NCBI GenBank assembly: GCA_038742305.1
Contig: JAVYKI010000005.1
Span: 1-52,480, forward strand
DNA: 52,480 nt
Source: Candidatus Aenigmatarchaeota archaeon
GTDB lineage: Archaea > Aenigmatarchaeota > Aenigmatarchaeia > CG10238-14 > SpSt-28
Direction: 5' to 3'
This document shows, piece by piece, positions 8,987-19,116 of the stretch. Every line of letters starts with the position of its first letter. The stretch's first letter is position 1. The position numbers and the translations under genes were made by a program. The notes under the pieces are model-generated. The model ran no database searches, had not been told where the DNA came from, and saw only the letters and a program-made list of their open reading frames with translations.

Positions 8987-10539
8987 GCTAAAAACTTAAC
9001 CATATAAGGTCCTTCCCTTTCATATCCAAGCTTTCTATAATATTCTCTAGTTCCTATTGCACTTATTACAACAATTTTTCTTCTATCAAATTCGTTTAAT
9101 GCAATTTCTTCAGCAATTTGCATTAACTTTTTTCCAAAACCTTTATGCTGGAAATGAAATTCTTTTGGCAAAGAATTTATTGGCAAGTGTAAACCTAAAA
9201 CTTTCAGTTCTCTAATTAAAGCGCTTTTGCTATCTATTTCTTTTCTATGAGAACTGTCTGGAATTCTTAGCCTTAAATATGCATAAAGAGTTTCGTTTTT
9301 ATCTTCGAAAGAAAGAAAAATTTCATTTCCATCATTTGCAATGTAATCAATTCTTTCTAAATGAATGCTTTCAACATTTGGTTTAATCCCTTTTTTAATT
9401 CTTATTCCAACTTCTCTACATCTTATGCATTTACATTCAATATTTAACTCTTTTGCTCTTTTTTCAACATATTCTCTCAAATTTGTAAAAGTATAGCCAG
9501 CATCTATATCGTTAGCTGGTAAATCTCTTCCAAGCCTTTGAATTCTAACATATTTTGGAATAAACTTTAATGCTTTTGCAAGCAGATCAACTAATTCTTC
9601 AAATTCATAAAGCTTAAATTCTTTTCTTTCATACATTTGCCACAAAGGAGTATTTTTAAAAAGCTGCAAAGGATAAATTTTTAAGTAATCTGGCCTAAAG
9701 TTTTCATTTTCAAAAAGTTCTTTAAACATTTGCAAATCTTTATCTAAATCGCTCTTAGGTAAGTTTGGCATTATGTGATAAGTAATTTTTAGAGCTGCAT
9801 TCCTTGCAATTTTTGTTGCCTTAATTACATCTTCTATTGTATGATTTCTCCTTACAAAATCTAACACATCATTATAAATGCTCTGAACACCTATTTCAAC
9901 TCTAGTAACTCCATATCTTAGCATTTCATCTACATGCTTTTCAAAGCATAAATCTGGCCTAGTTTCAATAGTTAAGGCTACACATCTATATTTTGCTTTT
10001 TCGTTTTTTAATTGAGCTTCTTCTAAGCTGTTTGAATCTTCTTCATTTAATGCATCGAAAACTCTTTTAATAAACCATTCTTTATAATCTTTTTCTAATG
10101 CAAGAAAAGTTCCAAGAATTATTATTTCTATTTTTGAATTTTCAGAAAGCAGCCCCATCATTTTGTAATGATAAAGCCTAGTTTTTACTTGCTCATAAGG
10201 GTCAAAATCTACTCTTTTTGCTCTTTGGATTGCTGGCTCGCTAGGAGTATAGCTTCTAGGAATTCCATTAAACAAAGGACAATAAATGCAATTACCTCCA
10301 CAAGGCCCTGGCTTTGTTGCTAAAGTAATTATTAAAACTCCGCTGCTAGCTCTTATAGTTTTGCTTTTTATTTTTTCTGTTAAATCAATATTAAGCTTTT
10401 CTTTAATTAACTCTAAAACTTTTATAGTTCTTAGTACTGGAGCATTGTATTTTTTGGCTAAATAAATCTTTAACTTTTCAAATTCTTCCTTGTTTCTGGC
10501 TTTTGTTAATTCTTGTAAATATTGTAAAGGAATTTCCAT
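8983..10539 (-). CDS. elp3: Elp3 tRNA U34 carboxymethyltransferase (radical SAM + KAT)
   Basis: CGGNCIYCP, PRSYTPSEPA, ETRPD, VEIGVQS, CKCIRCRE and FQHKGFGKKL; likely start MEIPLQ at 10539. Confidence 0.93.
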   Translation of the reverse strand: MEIPLQYLQELTKARNKEEFEKLKIYLAKKYNAPVLRTIKVLELIKEKLNIDLTEKIKSKTIRASSGVLIITLATKPGPCGGNCIYCPLFNGIPRSYTPSEPAIQRAKRVDFDPYEQVKTRLYHYKMMGLLSENSKIEIIILGTFLALEKDYKEWFIKRVFDALNEEDSNSLEEAQLKNEKAKYRCVALTIETRPDLCFEKHVDEMLRYGVTRVEIGVQSIYNDVLDFVRRNHTIEDVIKATKIARNAALKITYHIMPNLPKSDLDKDLQMFKELFENENFRPDYLKIYPLQLFKNTPLWQMYERKEFKLYEFEELVDLLAKALKFIPKYVRIQRLGRDLPANDIDAGYTFTNLREYVEKRAKELNIECKCIRCREVGIRIKKGIKPNVESIHLERIDYIANDGNEIFLSFEDKNETLYAYLRLRIPDSSHRKEIDSKSALIRELKVLGLHLPINSLPKEFHFQHKGFGKKLMQIAEEIALNEFDRRKIVVISAIGTREYYRKLGYEREGPYMVKFLA

Positions 10540-10540
10540 A

Positions 10541-10861
10541 TTATATCGTAAAATAAAAGAATAGAAAACCTGCAGCCCAAAATATTGCATAAAGAAAAAC
10601 TTTTAAGAAAACATTTTCTTCAGTAAGTTGAATAAGTAATGGCAACAAAGAAAAGAAAAATGCCAAGAATATTGCTACATTTCTAACGTTCGTGCAAACG
10701 TAGTTTATTGTACTTTCGTTTACTTTAACTTTTTCGCAAAAGTAGGTTATTAAATGAGTAAATATTTTAGTTTCAGTCAGCTCTGTATTAGTTTTAATAA
10801 TAAGAGCTACAGAACTTCCAAGTATAAATCCGGCTACTATAAGAAGTAAAAGATTTCCCAT
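10541..10861 (-). CDS. Small hypothetical membrane protein
   Basis: Three hydrophobic segments; abuts the elp3 start. Confidence 0.65.
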   Translation of the reverse strand: MGNLLLLIVAGFILGSSVALIIKTNTELTETKIFTHLITYFCEKVKVNESTINYVCTNVRNVAIFLAFFFSLLPLLIQLTEENVFLKVFLYAIFWAAGFLFFYFTI

Positions 10862-10872
10862 AAATAAAAAGT

Positions 10873-11016
10873 TTATTTATTCAGAATTTTCTTCAAAAAT
10901 TCTATTCTAGCTTGTAATGCTCTTATTTCTCTTGTATTTTTTGCCTTTAATAATGCTTTTTTTGCCTTTTCCAATTCTTTTTCATAAAGCTTTTCCAATT
11001 CTTTTGTTATAGCCAT
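10873..11016 (-). CDS. Small basic helical hypothetical protein (47 aa)
   Basis: MAITKELEKLYEKELEKAKK... has the genome-typical charged composition; likely start at 11016. Confidence 0.55.
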   Translation of the reverse strand: MAITKELEKLYEKELEKAKKALLKAKNTREIRALQARIEFLKKILNK

Positions 11017-11083
11017 AATTAATATATGCTTGGGAATAATATATGCGTTACTATTAAATAGTGATAATCGAAAAAGATAAATA

Positions 11084-11746
11084 ATGTTGAAATACATAGA
11101 AGATAAATACGTTAAAAGAAGCTATGAAATAATTAGTGAAAGCTGGAAAAATTTAAGGAAAGCTTTTTGGTTTGTTAAAGAATTTGCTAAAAATTTTGAA
11201 AATAAAAAAGTTCTTGATGCTGGTTGTGGGGATTGTACTCAATTAATCGAATTTAAAAATAACGTGCTTTTTGGAATAGATTTTTCTAAAAAAATGATTA
11301 AAGAAGCAAAGAAAAAACATAAAAACGTTTATTTAGTAATTGGTGATATAAGAAATTTACCTTTTAAGAATAAAGCTTTCGATATAGTTCTTTGCATTGC
11401 AACTTTGCACCATATTCCAAAAAGAAAAGAAAGGATAATTGCTTTAAAAGAATTAAAAAGGGTTGCAAAAGAAAAAATTTTGATAAGCGTTTTGAAAAGG
11501 TTTTCTTCTTTAATTCTTAAAAAATTTCCTTTAGCTATTTTAATTGGAGAAGCTTTTCTAACTTGGAAATATAAAAAAGTTAGAATAAGAAGATATTATC
11601 ATGTTTACACTTTTTCTGAATTTAAAAAAGAATTAAAATTGGCTGGAATAAAAAATTTTAAAATAAAGAGAGATAAAGCTAATTTTATTGCAGAAATTAG
11701 TTTAAGAGAAAATAATTATGGCGATGAAAGAGCTGTCCCAGAGTGA
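11084..11746 (+). CDS. Class I SAM methyltransferase, Trm9/ALKBH8-like
   Basis: VLDAGCG, GIDFS, CIATLHH and RRYYHVY resemble Trm9 motifs; divergent from the elp3 unit. Confidence 0.75.
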   Translation: MLKYIEDKYVKRSYEIISESWKNLRKAFWFVKEFAKNFENKKVLDAGCGDCTQLIEFKNNVLFGIDFSKKMIKEAKKKHKNVYLVIGDIRNLPFKNKAFDIVLCIATLHHIPKRKERIIALKELKRVAKEKILISVLKRFSSLILKKFPLAILIGEAFLTWKYKKVRIRRYYHVYTFSEFKKELKLAGIKNFKIKRDKANFIAEISLRENNYGDERAVPE

Positions 11747-11778
11747 ATTAATGATCGACGGGGTAACTATTGAGCCCC
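11720..11778 (+). ncRNA. Probable box C/D guide sRNA
   Basis: GC-rich island GGC-GATGA-AAGAGCTGTCCCAGA-GTGA-ATT-AATGA-TCGACGGGGTAACTA-TTGA-GCC with terminal GGC/GCC stem and C, D', C', D-like boxes. Confidence 0.7.
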
Positions 11779-11884
11779 TTTAAAATAATTATGGAAGTTT
11801 ACAAAAAGCTAAGTGAAAAAGAGAAAGAAAATTAATTAAAGAAATAAAATAGATTTTCAAGCCTATATGGAAATATATAAAAAA

Positions 11885-12265
11885 CTATTGAATTCTAGTC
11901 TCAAGAATAAGTTTGTTAGGATTGTTTAGAATTATTTGAAAATTGTTTTTGTAAATAGTTAAAGTTCCAATTATACAAATACTTTTATTAATTTCTAGTT
12001 TATCTTTAACTAACTTATAAACATCTGGAAAAATTACTACAAGAAAATTTCTAGAATTTTCAAAATAAACATAATTCACTTTTTCTTTTTCTTCAATTCT
12101 TTCTATTTTTCCACAAACTTCAACTCTTTTATTTAAATAATTTTCAGAAATTTCTTTAGTGCTTAGTTTTATTGGACTAGAAGAATAAGTTAAGTAGATT
12201 AACAGGCTAAAACCAAAAATAAAATTTATAAGAGAAATTAAGAGCAAATGCTTTTCAAGTTTCAT
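11885..12265 (-). CDS. Membrane-anchored OB-fold protein
   Basis: N-terminal TM followed by VEVCGKI...IIGTLTIYKNNFQI OB-fold pattern. Confidence 0.65.
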   Translation of the reverse strand: MKLEKHLLLISLINFIFGFSLLIYLTYSSSPIKLSTKEISENYLNKRVEVCGKIERIEEKEKVNYVYFENSRNFLVVIFPDVYKLVKDKLEINKSICIIGTLTIYKNNFQIILNNPNKLILETRIQ

Positions 12266-12707
12266 AAAGTAATTGAGTTAAATGTCTTTCTAAATGTTCA
12301 GAAATTTCCTTTATTTCGAAAGGATTTATTTTAACAGCTATATAATCATCTTTCAGAACACTTAAATCTTGACTAACATAAGCTATGGAACCTATCTCAA
12401 ATACCCTAAATTTAACATTATCTTCGTCTAAAACTTCTATAACTTTAAATGGTTTTAAATTTATGTTTATAACGTTGCACTCTTCTTTCCTCAATTTGTT
12501 GCTAAGTAAATCTCTATAGTATGTTGTCGAAGAAATTATTGATGGATAAGAACTTAAACTTGAAATAACTATAGGATTTTCATTAAGGTTTAAATATTCC
12601 CTAATTTTTCTTTCTTTGTAATTTCCAATTTTACCTACAACTTTAAGTAAAAATATGTTTTCATTAATTTTTGTTAAATTGCTTCCTATCCTTTCTACAG
12701 TATACAT
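12255..12707 (-). CDS. Hypothetical protein
   Basis: 150-aa ORF overlapping both neighbours in the ileS operon; no family recognised. Confidence 0.6.
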   Translation of the reverse strand: MYTVERIGSNLTKINENIFLLKVVGKIGNYKERKIREYLNLNENPIVISSLSSYPSIISSTTYYRDLLSNKLRKEECNVININLKPFKVIEVLDEDNVKFRVFEIGSIAYVSQDLSVLKDDYIAVKINPFEIKEISEHLERHLTQLLYET

Positions 12708-15523
12708 TTGAAAAATATTTTTTCGTTTTCAAACTCTAAAACATTATCTGAAACATCAGAAACTATTATATCTTCGCTGCTTGTTTCTTTTTTAATTTTT
12801 TCCTTTTCTTTCATTAAAATTTTTATTAAGTTTTCGCTTCCGCTAACATAAAGCTTTACTAATTGTCTAACTTCTAAATTCATTTCTTTCCTTTTTTCTT
12901 GAACTGCTCTTATGAATTCTCTTATGAATGCTTCTTCTTTAAGCTTTTTAGTTAGTTTAGTATCTAGTGCAACAATATAATCTTCTGTTTCTTTTTTCAA
13001 ATAATTTTCTGGTACATTTTCACTAAACTTAACTCTTTTAACATTACACAAACTCTTAATTATTCCAAAAGCTCTTTTAACATTTTTTATTTCATCTTTT
13101 TTAGGAACAATTAAAACTTCTCTTAATGGCCATCTAATTTTAATTTTTGCAACATTTCTCAATTCATTTACATCTTCAACAATTTTCCTAGCAATTTCAA
13201 CTTCTTTAAACTCTTTTATAAAACTTTTTCTAGCTTTTGGAAAATCTTCTAAATGTACGCTTTCCAAATTTTTAATTAATTCTTGATAAAAGTATTCAGC
13301 TAAAAACGGCATCATTGGAGCTAATAATTTTAAAGATTTGTCTGCAATTTCTAATAAAGTGAATAGGGCACCATCTTTATCTCTTCCTTCATAATAAACC
13401 CAAACTCTATCTCTAACAAGTTTTATATAAAATCTTGAAACATCTTCAACCAAAAATTCTATTAGCCTTCTATTTAAACTAAAAAGCTTATCTAATTCAA
13501 AATTTTTTAAAGCATTATTATATTCTAAAATTAGAGAATGTAATTTAGATAAAATGTATTTATCTTCAATTTTAAGCTTTGGCTTTTCTGGCTTTTTATC
13601 TAAATACATTTTTATAAACCTAAATACATTTCTTATAATGTTTATTTTTCTGCTAAGCTCTTCTACTTCTTTCCAATCAAAATAATAATCTTCCCAAGGA
13701 TAACCAATTAAAAAGAATGCTCTTAATACATCTCTCCCATATTTTTCAATAACTTCTTCTGGTGCAACTATATTCCCTAAACTTTTACTCATTTTTCTTC
13801 CATGAGCATCTAAAACAAAGCCATGCATTATAATTCTTCTATAAGGAGCTTCTCCAAAAGTCATGTAGCTGGTTATTATTTGAGAATTCCACCAACCCCT
13901 AATTTGGTCAGGACCTTCTATTTCTAATTGAACAGGCCAAAACTTTTTGAACAGTTTTTTATCTTTATGCAATCCTATAGAAGCCCAAGGAGCAACTCCG
14001 CTATCAAACCATACATCCAAAACATCTTTAATTCTTTCCATTTCAGCTCCACATTTTTCGCATTTTAATTTAACTTCATCAACATATGGCCTATGCAAAT
14101 CTTTTAATTCTATTCCATATTTTTTCAAGCTATCAATTACTAAAACATTTCCGCATTCTCTGCAAATCCAAATTGGTAAAGGAATGCCCCAATATCTTTG
14201 CCTTGAAATTGGCCAATCGGATAAATTGCTTAGCCAATCTTTCATTCTAAACTTTGCAGCTTCTGGATACCATTTAACTTTTTCATTTTCTTCAAGTAAT
14301 TTTTCTCTAAAGCTTGTTACTTTAAAGAACCATTGCTCAATTGTTATAATATACAAAGGACTTTTACACCTCCAACAAATTGGATATTCATGTTTTATTT
14401 TCCCTTCTTTAACTAATGCATTCCTTTCTTTTAATATTTGAATAACTTTTTCATTCACTTCTTTAACTTCCATATCTTTGAAAGGTTCTATAGTGAAACT
14501 TCCATCAACTTTTACATTGTTTATTATGGGTAAATTATATTCTTTGCAAACTAAATAATCTTCTTTTCCATGAGCTGGAGCAGCATGAACTAAGCCAGTA
14601 CCTTCTTCCAAGCTTACAAACCTTTCGCTTAATATTACTTTATAAATATTGCTTTTATCAAAACCTAATAAATCTTCGAAAGGATGTTCATATTCTTTCA
14701 AATCTAGCTCTTTTCCCAAAAATTCTTTTAAAACTTCGTAATTTTGCCAATTTAATTCTTTAGCAACTTTTTCTAATAACTCTTTAGCAACTATATAAAC
14801 TTTTTCATTTACTTTTACTTCAACATAAGTTGCAGAAGGTTTTACCATTATTGCCTCGTTATCAACCAAAGTCCAAGGAGTAGTAGTCCAGATTAATAAA
14901 TATTTATCTTCATTTTTGAGCTTAAAAGAAACATAAATTGATGGGTCTTCCAATTCTTCATATTCAATTTCGTTATAAGCTACTACAGTTTCGCATCTTG
15001 GACAAGCATGAACAGGATAAAAGCCTTTTGTTAAAAATCCTTTTTCATGAGCAACTTTAAAAGTGTACCAAGCAGCTTCTATATATTCATTAGTTAAAGT
15101 TAAATAAGGATTATTCCAATCCATCCATACTCCTAAATTTTCAAATTGAGAATTCATTACGTCTATAAATTGAGTTGCAAAATTTCTACATTCTTTTATA
15201 AAATTTTCAATTCCAAAATTTTCAATATCTTTTTTATTTTTAAATCCAAGCTTTTTTTCTACTTGATATTCTATTGGTAAGCCATGAGTATCATATCCAG
15301 GCTGGTCCCAAACATTATATCCAAACATTTTGTAAATTCTAATAAAGAAATCTTTCAAAATTTTGTTTAGTGCAGTACCCATATGTATGTAGCCAGTAGC
15401 ATAAGGAGGACCGTCTAGAAAATAAAATATTTTTTTGTTTTTCAATTTTTCTTTTTGTTTAAAATATATTCCTCTTTCTTTCCAAAAATTTAAAATTTTT
15501 TCTTCAATTTCTTTAACATTCAT
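12695..15523 (-). CDS. ileS: Isoleucine--tRNA ligase
   Basis: DGPPYATGYIHMGT, WTTTPWTL, ISRQRYWG, KMSKS. Confidence 0.97.
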   Translation of the reverse strand: MNVKEIEEKILNFWKERGIYFKQKEKLKNKKIFYFLDGPPYATGYIHMGTALNKILKDFFIRIYKMFGYNVWDQPGYDTHGLPIEYQVEKKLGFKNKKDIENFGIENFIKECRNFATQFIDVMNSQFENLGVWMDWNNPYLTLTNEYIEAAWYTFKVAHEKGFLTKGFYPVHACPRCETVVAYNEIEYEELEDPSIYVSFKLKNEDKYLLIWTTTPWTLVDNEAIMVKPSATYVEVKVNEKVYIVAKELLEKVAKELNWQNYEVLKEFLGKELDLKEYEHPFEDLLGFDKSNIYKVILSERFVSLEEGTGLVHAAPAHGKEDYLVCKEYNLPIINNVKVDGSFTIEPFKDMEVKEVNEKVIQILKERNALVKEGKIKHEYPICWRCKSPLYIITIEQWFFKVTSFREKLLEENEKVKWYPEAAKFRMKDWLSNLSDWPISRQRYWGIPLPIWICRECGNVLVIDSLKKYGIELKDLHRPYVDEVKLKCEKCGAEMERIKDVLDVWFDSGVAPWASIGLHKDKKLFKKFWPVQLEIEGPDQIRGWWNSQIITSYMTFGEAPYRRIIMHGFVLDAHGRKMSKSLGNIVAPEEVIEKYGRDVLRAFFLIGYPWEDYYFDWKEVEELSRKINIIRNVFRFIKMYLDKKPEKPKLKIEDKYILSKLHSLILEYNNALKNFELDKLFSLNRRLIEFLVEDVSRFYIKLVRDRVWVYYEGRDKDGALFTLLEIADKSLKLLAPMMPFLAEYFYQELIKNLESVHLEDFPKARKSFIKEFKEVEIARKIVEDVNELRNVAKIKIRWPLREVLIVPKKDEIKNVKRAFGIIKSLCNVKRVKFSENVPENYLKKETEDYIVALDTKLTKKLKEEAFIREFIRAVQEKRKEMNLEVRQLVKLYVSGSENLIKILMKEKEKIKKETSSEDIIVSDVSDNVLEFENEKIFFKCIL

Positions 15524-15527
15524 AAAA

Positions 15528-15818
15528 TTATACTAATCCTAACTTCTTTTTTAGCTCTTCGCTAATATACTCTATTTTCCATTCTTCGTCAGAAATGATT
15601 ATTTCAGCTTCTTTATTAAACTTTTCCCTAATTTTCATTTTTATCATTTCCTCAATTAAATCTGGCAAGGGGCATAAAGGTGTAGTAAGAATTAAGGTTA
15701 GAACTATTTTATCGTCCTTTATTTCAATATTTCTAACTAATCCTAAATCTACAATATTTTCCCCTAATTCCGGGTCTATAACCTCTTTTAAAGCATTTAG
15801 AACCTCTTCTTTATTCAT
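15528..15818 (-). CDS. Metal-sulfur cluster assembly factor (DUF59/SufT/MIP18 family)
   Basis: [16 protein letters not shown] and LTTPLCPL. Confidence 0.9.
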   Translation of the reverse strand: MNKEEVLNALKEVIDPELGENIVDLGLVRNIEIKDDKIVLTLILTTPLCPLPDLIEEMIKMKIREKFNKEAEIIISDEEWKIEYISEELKKKLGLV

Positions 15819-15870
15819 AAAAACCTTAACCGAAAATTATTTATATACATTAAGTTATATAATTTTAACT

Positions 15871-16059
15871 ATGATTGTGCCGGTTAGATGTTTTACATGC
15901 GGCAAAGTAATTGGGCACTTATGGGAAGAATATGAGAAAAGGGTTAAAAATGAGCATCCAGCTAAGGTTTTAGATGATTTGGGCTTAAAGAAATATTGCT
16001 GCAGACAAATATTTTTGACTCACAGAGAGCTTATAAAGGAAATTGCTAAGTTAAAGTAA
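15871..16059 (+). CDS. rpoN: DNA-directed RNA polymerase subunit N (Rpo10)
   Basis: [12 protein letters not shown]...[12 protein letters not shown]; true start is ATG15871 inside the longer ORF. Confidence 0.96.
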   Translation: MIVPVRCFTCGKVIGHLWEEYEKRVKNEHPAKVLDDLGLKKYCCRQIFLTHRELIKEIAKLK

Positions 16060-16307
16060 TGTGGCCAAAAAATAGATTAACAAGGTTTGAAGTAGCAAGG
16101 CTTATTTCTGCAAGAGCTCTTCAAATAGAGCTAGGAGCACCTTGCTTAGTTAATATAAAAGGAAGCTCAAAAGAAAAAGCAAGAGAAGAATTTAGAAGAA
16201 AAGTTATACCTTTAACAATTTTAAGAAGAATGCCAGATGGTAGTTTAGTTGAAGTTGATATTGAAGAAGCAATTGAAAATTGGCTAAAAGAGCATGGCGA
16301 CATCTAA
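16059..16307 (+). CDS. rpoK: DNA-directed RNA polymerase subunit K (Rpo6)
   Basis: [22 protein letters not shown]...[12 protein letters not shown]. Confidence 0.95.
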   Translation: MWPKNRLTRFEVARLISARALQIELGAPCLVNIKGSSKEKAREEFRRKVIPLTILRRMPDGSLVEVDIEEAIENWLKEHGDI

Positions 16308-16659
16308 AAAAGCAAGAAAACAAAGGAAAAGATTAAAAGAAGCTAAATGGCATGAAAGGCATAAGCTTCTTTCTGCTCATCTTTCAAAAGAATTAAGAGA
16401 AAAGTATAAGAGAAGAAGCTTTCCTATAAGGGCTGGAGACGAAGTTTTAATAATGAGAGGGGATTATAAGGGAAAAAAGGGAAAAGTTGTAAAAGTTGAT
16501 TATAAGAAACTAAAAATATATGTTGAAGGAATAACAGTAAAAAGGGCTGACGGTACAGAAAAACTAGTTCCAATTCATCCTTCTAATGTAATGATTGTTA
16601 ATTTAAACCTTTCTGATAAAAAAAGAATAGAAAAATTGGAAGAAAAAATAAAAAGTTAA
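16294..16659 (+). CDS. rpl24: 50S ribosomal protein uL24
   Basis: [33 protein letters not shown]. Confidence 0.96.
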   Translation: MATSKKARKQRKRLKEAKWHERHKLLSAHLSKELREKYKRRSFPIRAGDEVLIMRGDYKGKKGKVVKVDYKKLKIYVEGITVKRADGTEKLVPIHPSNVMIVNLNLSDKKRIEKLEEKIKS

Positions 16660-16661
16660 GT

Positions 16662-18326
16662 TTATTCTTCTGTTTCAGTTTCTTCTTCTTTCTTCTTTTC
16701 TTCAGTTTTTGCTTTTCCGGCAGCTATTATATCATCAATCCTTAATATCATTTCTGCAGCTTCTGTTGCGCTGCTTAAAACTTGTAGCTTTACTTTTAGA
16801 GGATCTAATACTCCTTTTTCTAGCATATCTCCAACATCTCCTTTATCTACATCAACTCCATAAGTACTTTTTCCTTGCTCATGAGCAGCTCTTAGCTTTA
16901 ATATTATATCTATTGCATCCAAGCCAGCATTTTCTGCAATTGCTTTAGGAATTGCTTCTAATGCATCTGCAAATGCTAGTATTGCTAGTTGTTCTCTTCC
17001 AGAATACTTTTGAGCTTCTTTTCTAATTGTAACTGCAGCTTCTATTTCTGGAGCACCTCCGCCAGGTACAAATGCTCCTAATTCTAATGCAGAAACTACT
17101 GCACCTATTGCATCTTCTACGCTTCTATCTATTTCATCTACAACATGTTCAGTACCTCCTCTGCTTAATATTGTTACTGCTTTAGGATTTTTGCAGCCTC
17201 TTACAAATACCATGTTTTCTCCTCCAACTCTTTTTTCTTCAACTATTTCTGCATATCCTAAATCTTTTTCGCTTAAATCATCTAAGTTTGTAACTATTCT
17301 TGCTCCAGTTGCTTTTGCAAGCTTTTCCATATCACTTCTCTTTACTCTTCTAACGGCTAATATTCCGGCTTTTGCTAAATAATGCTGGGCTAAATCATCA
17401 ATTCCTTTTTGACAAAATACTACATTTGCTCCAACTTTTACTATTTTATCAACCATTTCTTTAATCATTCTTTCTTCTTCTTGCAAGAATGCTTTTAATT
17501 CTTCTGGTTTTGTAATTCTAATTTCTGCATCAGTTTCGGTTTCTTTAACTTCTAATGCAGTATCTAATAATGCTATTTTTGCGTTTTTAACAACTTTTGG
17601 CATTTGTGGATGAACTACTTCTTTATCTATTACAATACCTTTAATTAATTCTATATCTTCTATTCCTCCTCCAGCCTTCTTTTCTCTTTTAATATCTTCT
17701 TTATCAATTTTTATTTTTCCATTTTCTTCTCTCGCAACAGTTTTAACTGCTTCTACAACGAGCTTTGCAACTTTCTGAGCTACTTCTGGATTTGCAGATA
17801 ATGCACTTTTTCCGCTCATTGATGTAATTGCGATTTTAACTAGTAAATCTTCATCATTTAAGCTTACTTTTCTTGCCATTTTTTCTATTGCATTTCTAGC
17901 TATGTTTGATGCTATTTTGTAACCTCTTATTATTGTTGTTGGATGAATATTTTTATCTAGTAAATCTTCAGCCAATCTTAGTAATTCGCTAGCTAATACT
18001 ACGCTACTTGTAGTACCATCTCCAGCTTCTTGATTTAATGTTTTTGCAACTTCAACTAGCATTTTTGCTGCTGGATGTTCAATTTCCATTTCTTCTAGTA
18101 TTGTTACTCCATCGTTTGTTATTGTAATATCTCCTAAGCTATCTACTAGCATTTTGTCCATTCCTTTTGGTCCTAAAGTTGTTTTTATAGTTTCTCCTAG
18201 TGCCTTAGCAGCTGCTATATTGTTCCTTAAAGCATCCCTTCCAGTAGTTCTTATAGTGCCTTCTGGCAATATTAGTACTGGTTGCCCTCCTAGCTGTGCA
18301 AGTAAAGCTCTAGGTTGTTCTGCCAT
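16662..18326 (-). CDS. ths: Thermosome (group II chaperonin) subunit
   Basis: [32 protein letters not shown]. Confidence 0.97.
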   Translation of the reverse strand: MAEQPRALLAQLGGQPVLILPEGTIRTTGRDALRNNIAAAKALGETIKTTLGPKGMDKMLVDSLGDITITNDGVTILEEMEIEHPAAKMLVEVAKTLNQEAGDGTTSSVVLASELLRLAEDLLDKNIHPTTIIRGYKIASNIARNAIEKMARKVSLNDEDLLVKIAITSMSGKSALSANPEVAQKVAKLVVEAVKTVAREENGKIKIDKEDIKREKKAGGGIEDIELIKGIVIDKEVVHPQMPKVVKNAKIALLDTALEVKETETDAEIRITKPEELKAFLQEEERMIKEMVDKIVKVGANVVFCQKGIDDLAQHYLAKAGILAVRRVKRSDMEKLAKATGARIVTNLDDLSEKDLGYAEIVEEKRVGGENMVFVRGCKNPKAVTILSRGGTEHVVDEIDRSVEDAIGAVVSALELGAFVPGGGAPEIEAAVTIRKEAQKYSGREQLAILAFADALEAIPKAIAENAGLDAIDIILKLRAAHEQGKSTYGVDVDKGDVGDMLEKGVLDPLKVKLQVLSSATEAAEMILRIDDIIAAGKAKTEEKKKEEETETEE

Positions 18327-18372
18327 ATTAATATTATATAAAAAAGAATATAAATACTGTGCAACTGGGTAA

Positions 18373-18705
18373 CTATCTCTCTATCTTAGCTATTGAAGGA
18401 GTAGCAATTATAAGGTCCTCTTCTACTCCAACAATATCCCCACCAATTGCTTCTACAGTTCTTTTTATTCTATCTACTACTCTTTTTAATTCTGCCATAT
18501 CTCTTTTTCTTAATTCTCTAATACTAATTACTACAATGTTATTCGCTCTTAAAAGGTTTAGAACATTTTCTACTTCAGAATATTCGTTTATTTTTCTTAC
18601 AAAAATTCTTACTTTTTGCTCTTCTTCTTCTGGAAGAATTTCTACTTCTCCCTCTTCTTCAACTTTTTTTCCTTTTAGTTTTTCAACAATTTTCTTTATT
18701 ACCAT
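18373..18705 (-). CDS. sepF: Cell division protein SepF (archaeal)
   Basis: [11 protein letters not shown]...LKRVVDRIK...GGDIVGV...IIATP. Confidence 0.85.
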   Translation of the reverse strand: MVIKKIVEKLKGKKVEEEGEVEILPEEEEQKVRIFVRKINEYSEVENVLNLLRANNIVVISIRELRKRDMAELKRVVDRIKRTVEAIGGDIVGVEEDLIIATPSIAKIER

Positions 18706-18717
18706 AATTATATTAAT

Positions 18718-19011
18718 TTATTTACTTTTTTGCAATTCTTTTAACTTTTGAGTAAGTTCTTCTTTCTTCTTTTCAAGATTTTTAAGCCTTAAATCTATAA
18801 TTTCTTTGTTATCATTAAGCTCTTTAATTATTTCATCTTTACTCCTTTTAACAAGAACATTTCCAACAAATTTAAATACAGTATCTTCTTTTGATTTTGA
18901 TAATTCATCTAAAACTAATTCTATTTCCCTTTTTCTTAAGTTTAAGTTTTCAATTTCGATTATAACTAGCTGCAAATTTTGTTGCAACGTTTCTATATTT
19001 TCTTTTTCCAT
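18718..19011 (-). CDS. pfdB: Prefoldin beta subunit
   Basis: Coiled coils flanking the VFKFVGNVLVK hairpin; close to the thermosome gene. Confidence 0.88.
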   Translation of the reverse strand: MEKENIETLQQNLQLVIIEIENLNLRKREIELVLDELSKSKEDTVFKFVGNVLVKRSKDEIIKELNDNKEIIDLRLKNLEKKKEELTQKLKELQKSK

Positions 19012-19044
19012 TATTATCATTGCAGATTAATCTATTAATTTTTT

Positions 19045-19116
19045 TGGGCCGGGGGAGATTCGAACTCCCGACCTCCCGGTTATCAGCCGGGCGCTCTGCC
19101 GCTAAGCTACCGGCCC
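19045..19116 (-). tRNA. tRNA-Ile(GAT), no intron
   Basis: GGGCCGGTAGCTTAGCGGCAGAGCG CCCGG CT GAT AA CCGGG AGGTC GGGAG TTCGAAT CTCCC CCGGCCC A. Confidence 0.96.

Noticed and set aside
11789-11886. Imperfect repeat tatggaagtttacaaaaagcta / tatggaaatatataaaaaacta (MEVYKKL/MEIYKKL)
   Set aside because: Short, low-complexity and interrupted by stops; at most a gene remnant
15595-15870. N-terminal extension of Rpo10 in the ORF track
   Set aside because: It is antisense to the DUF59 gene; the real start is ATG15871
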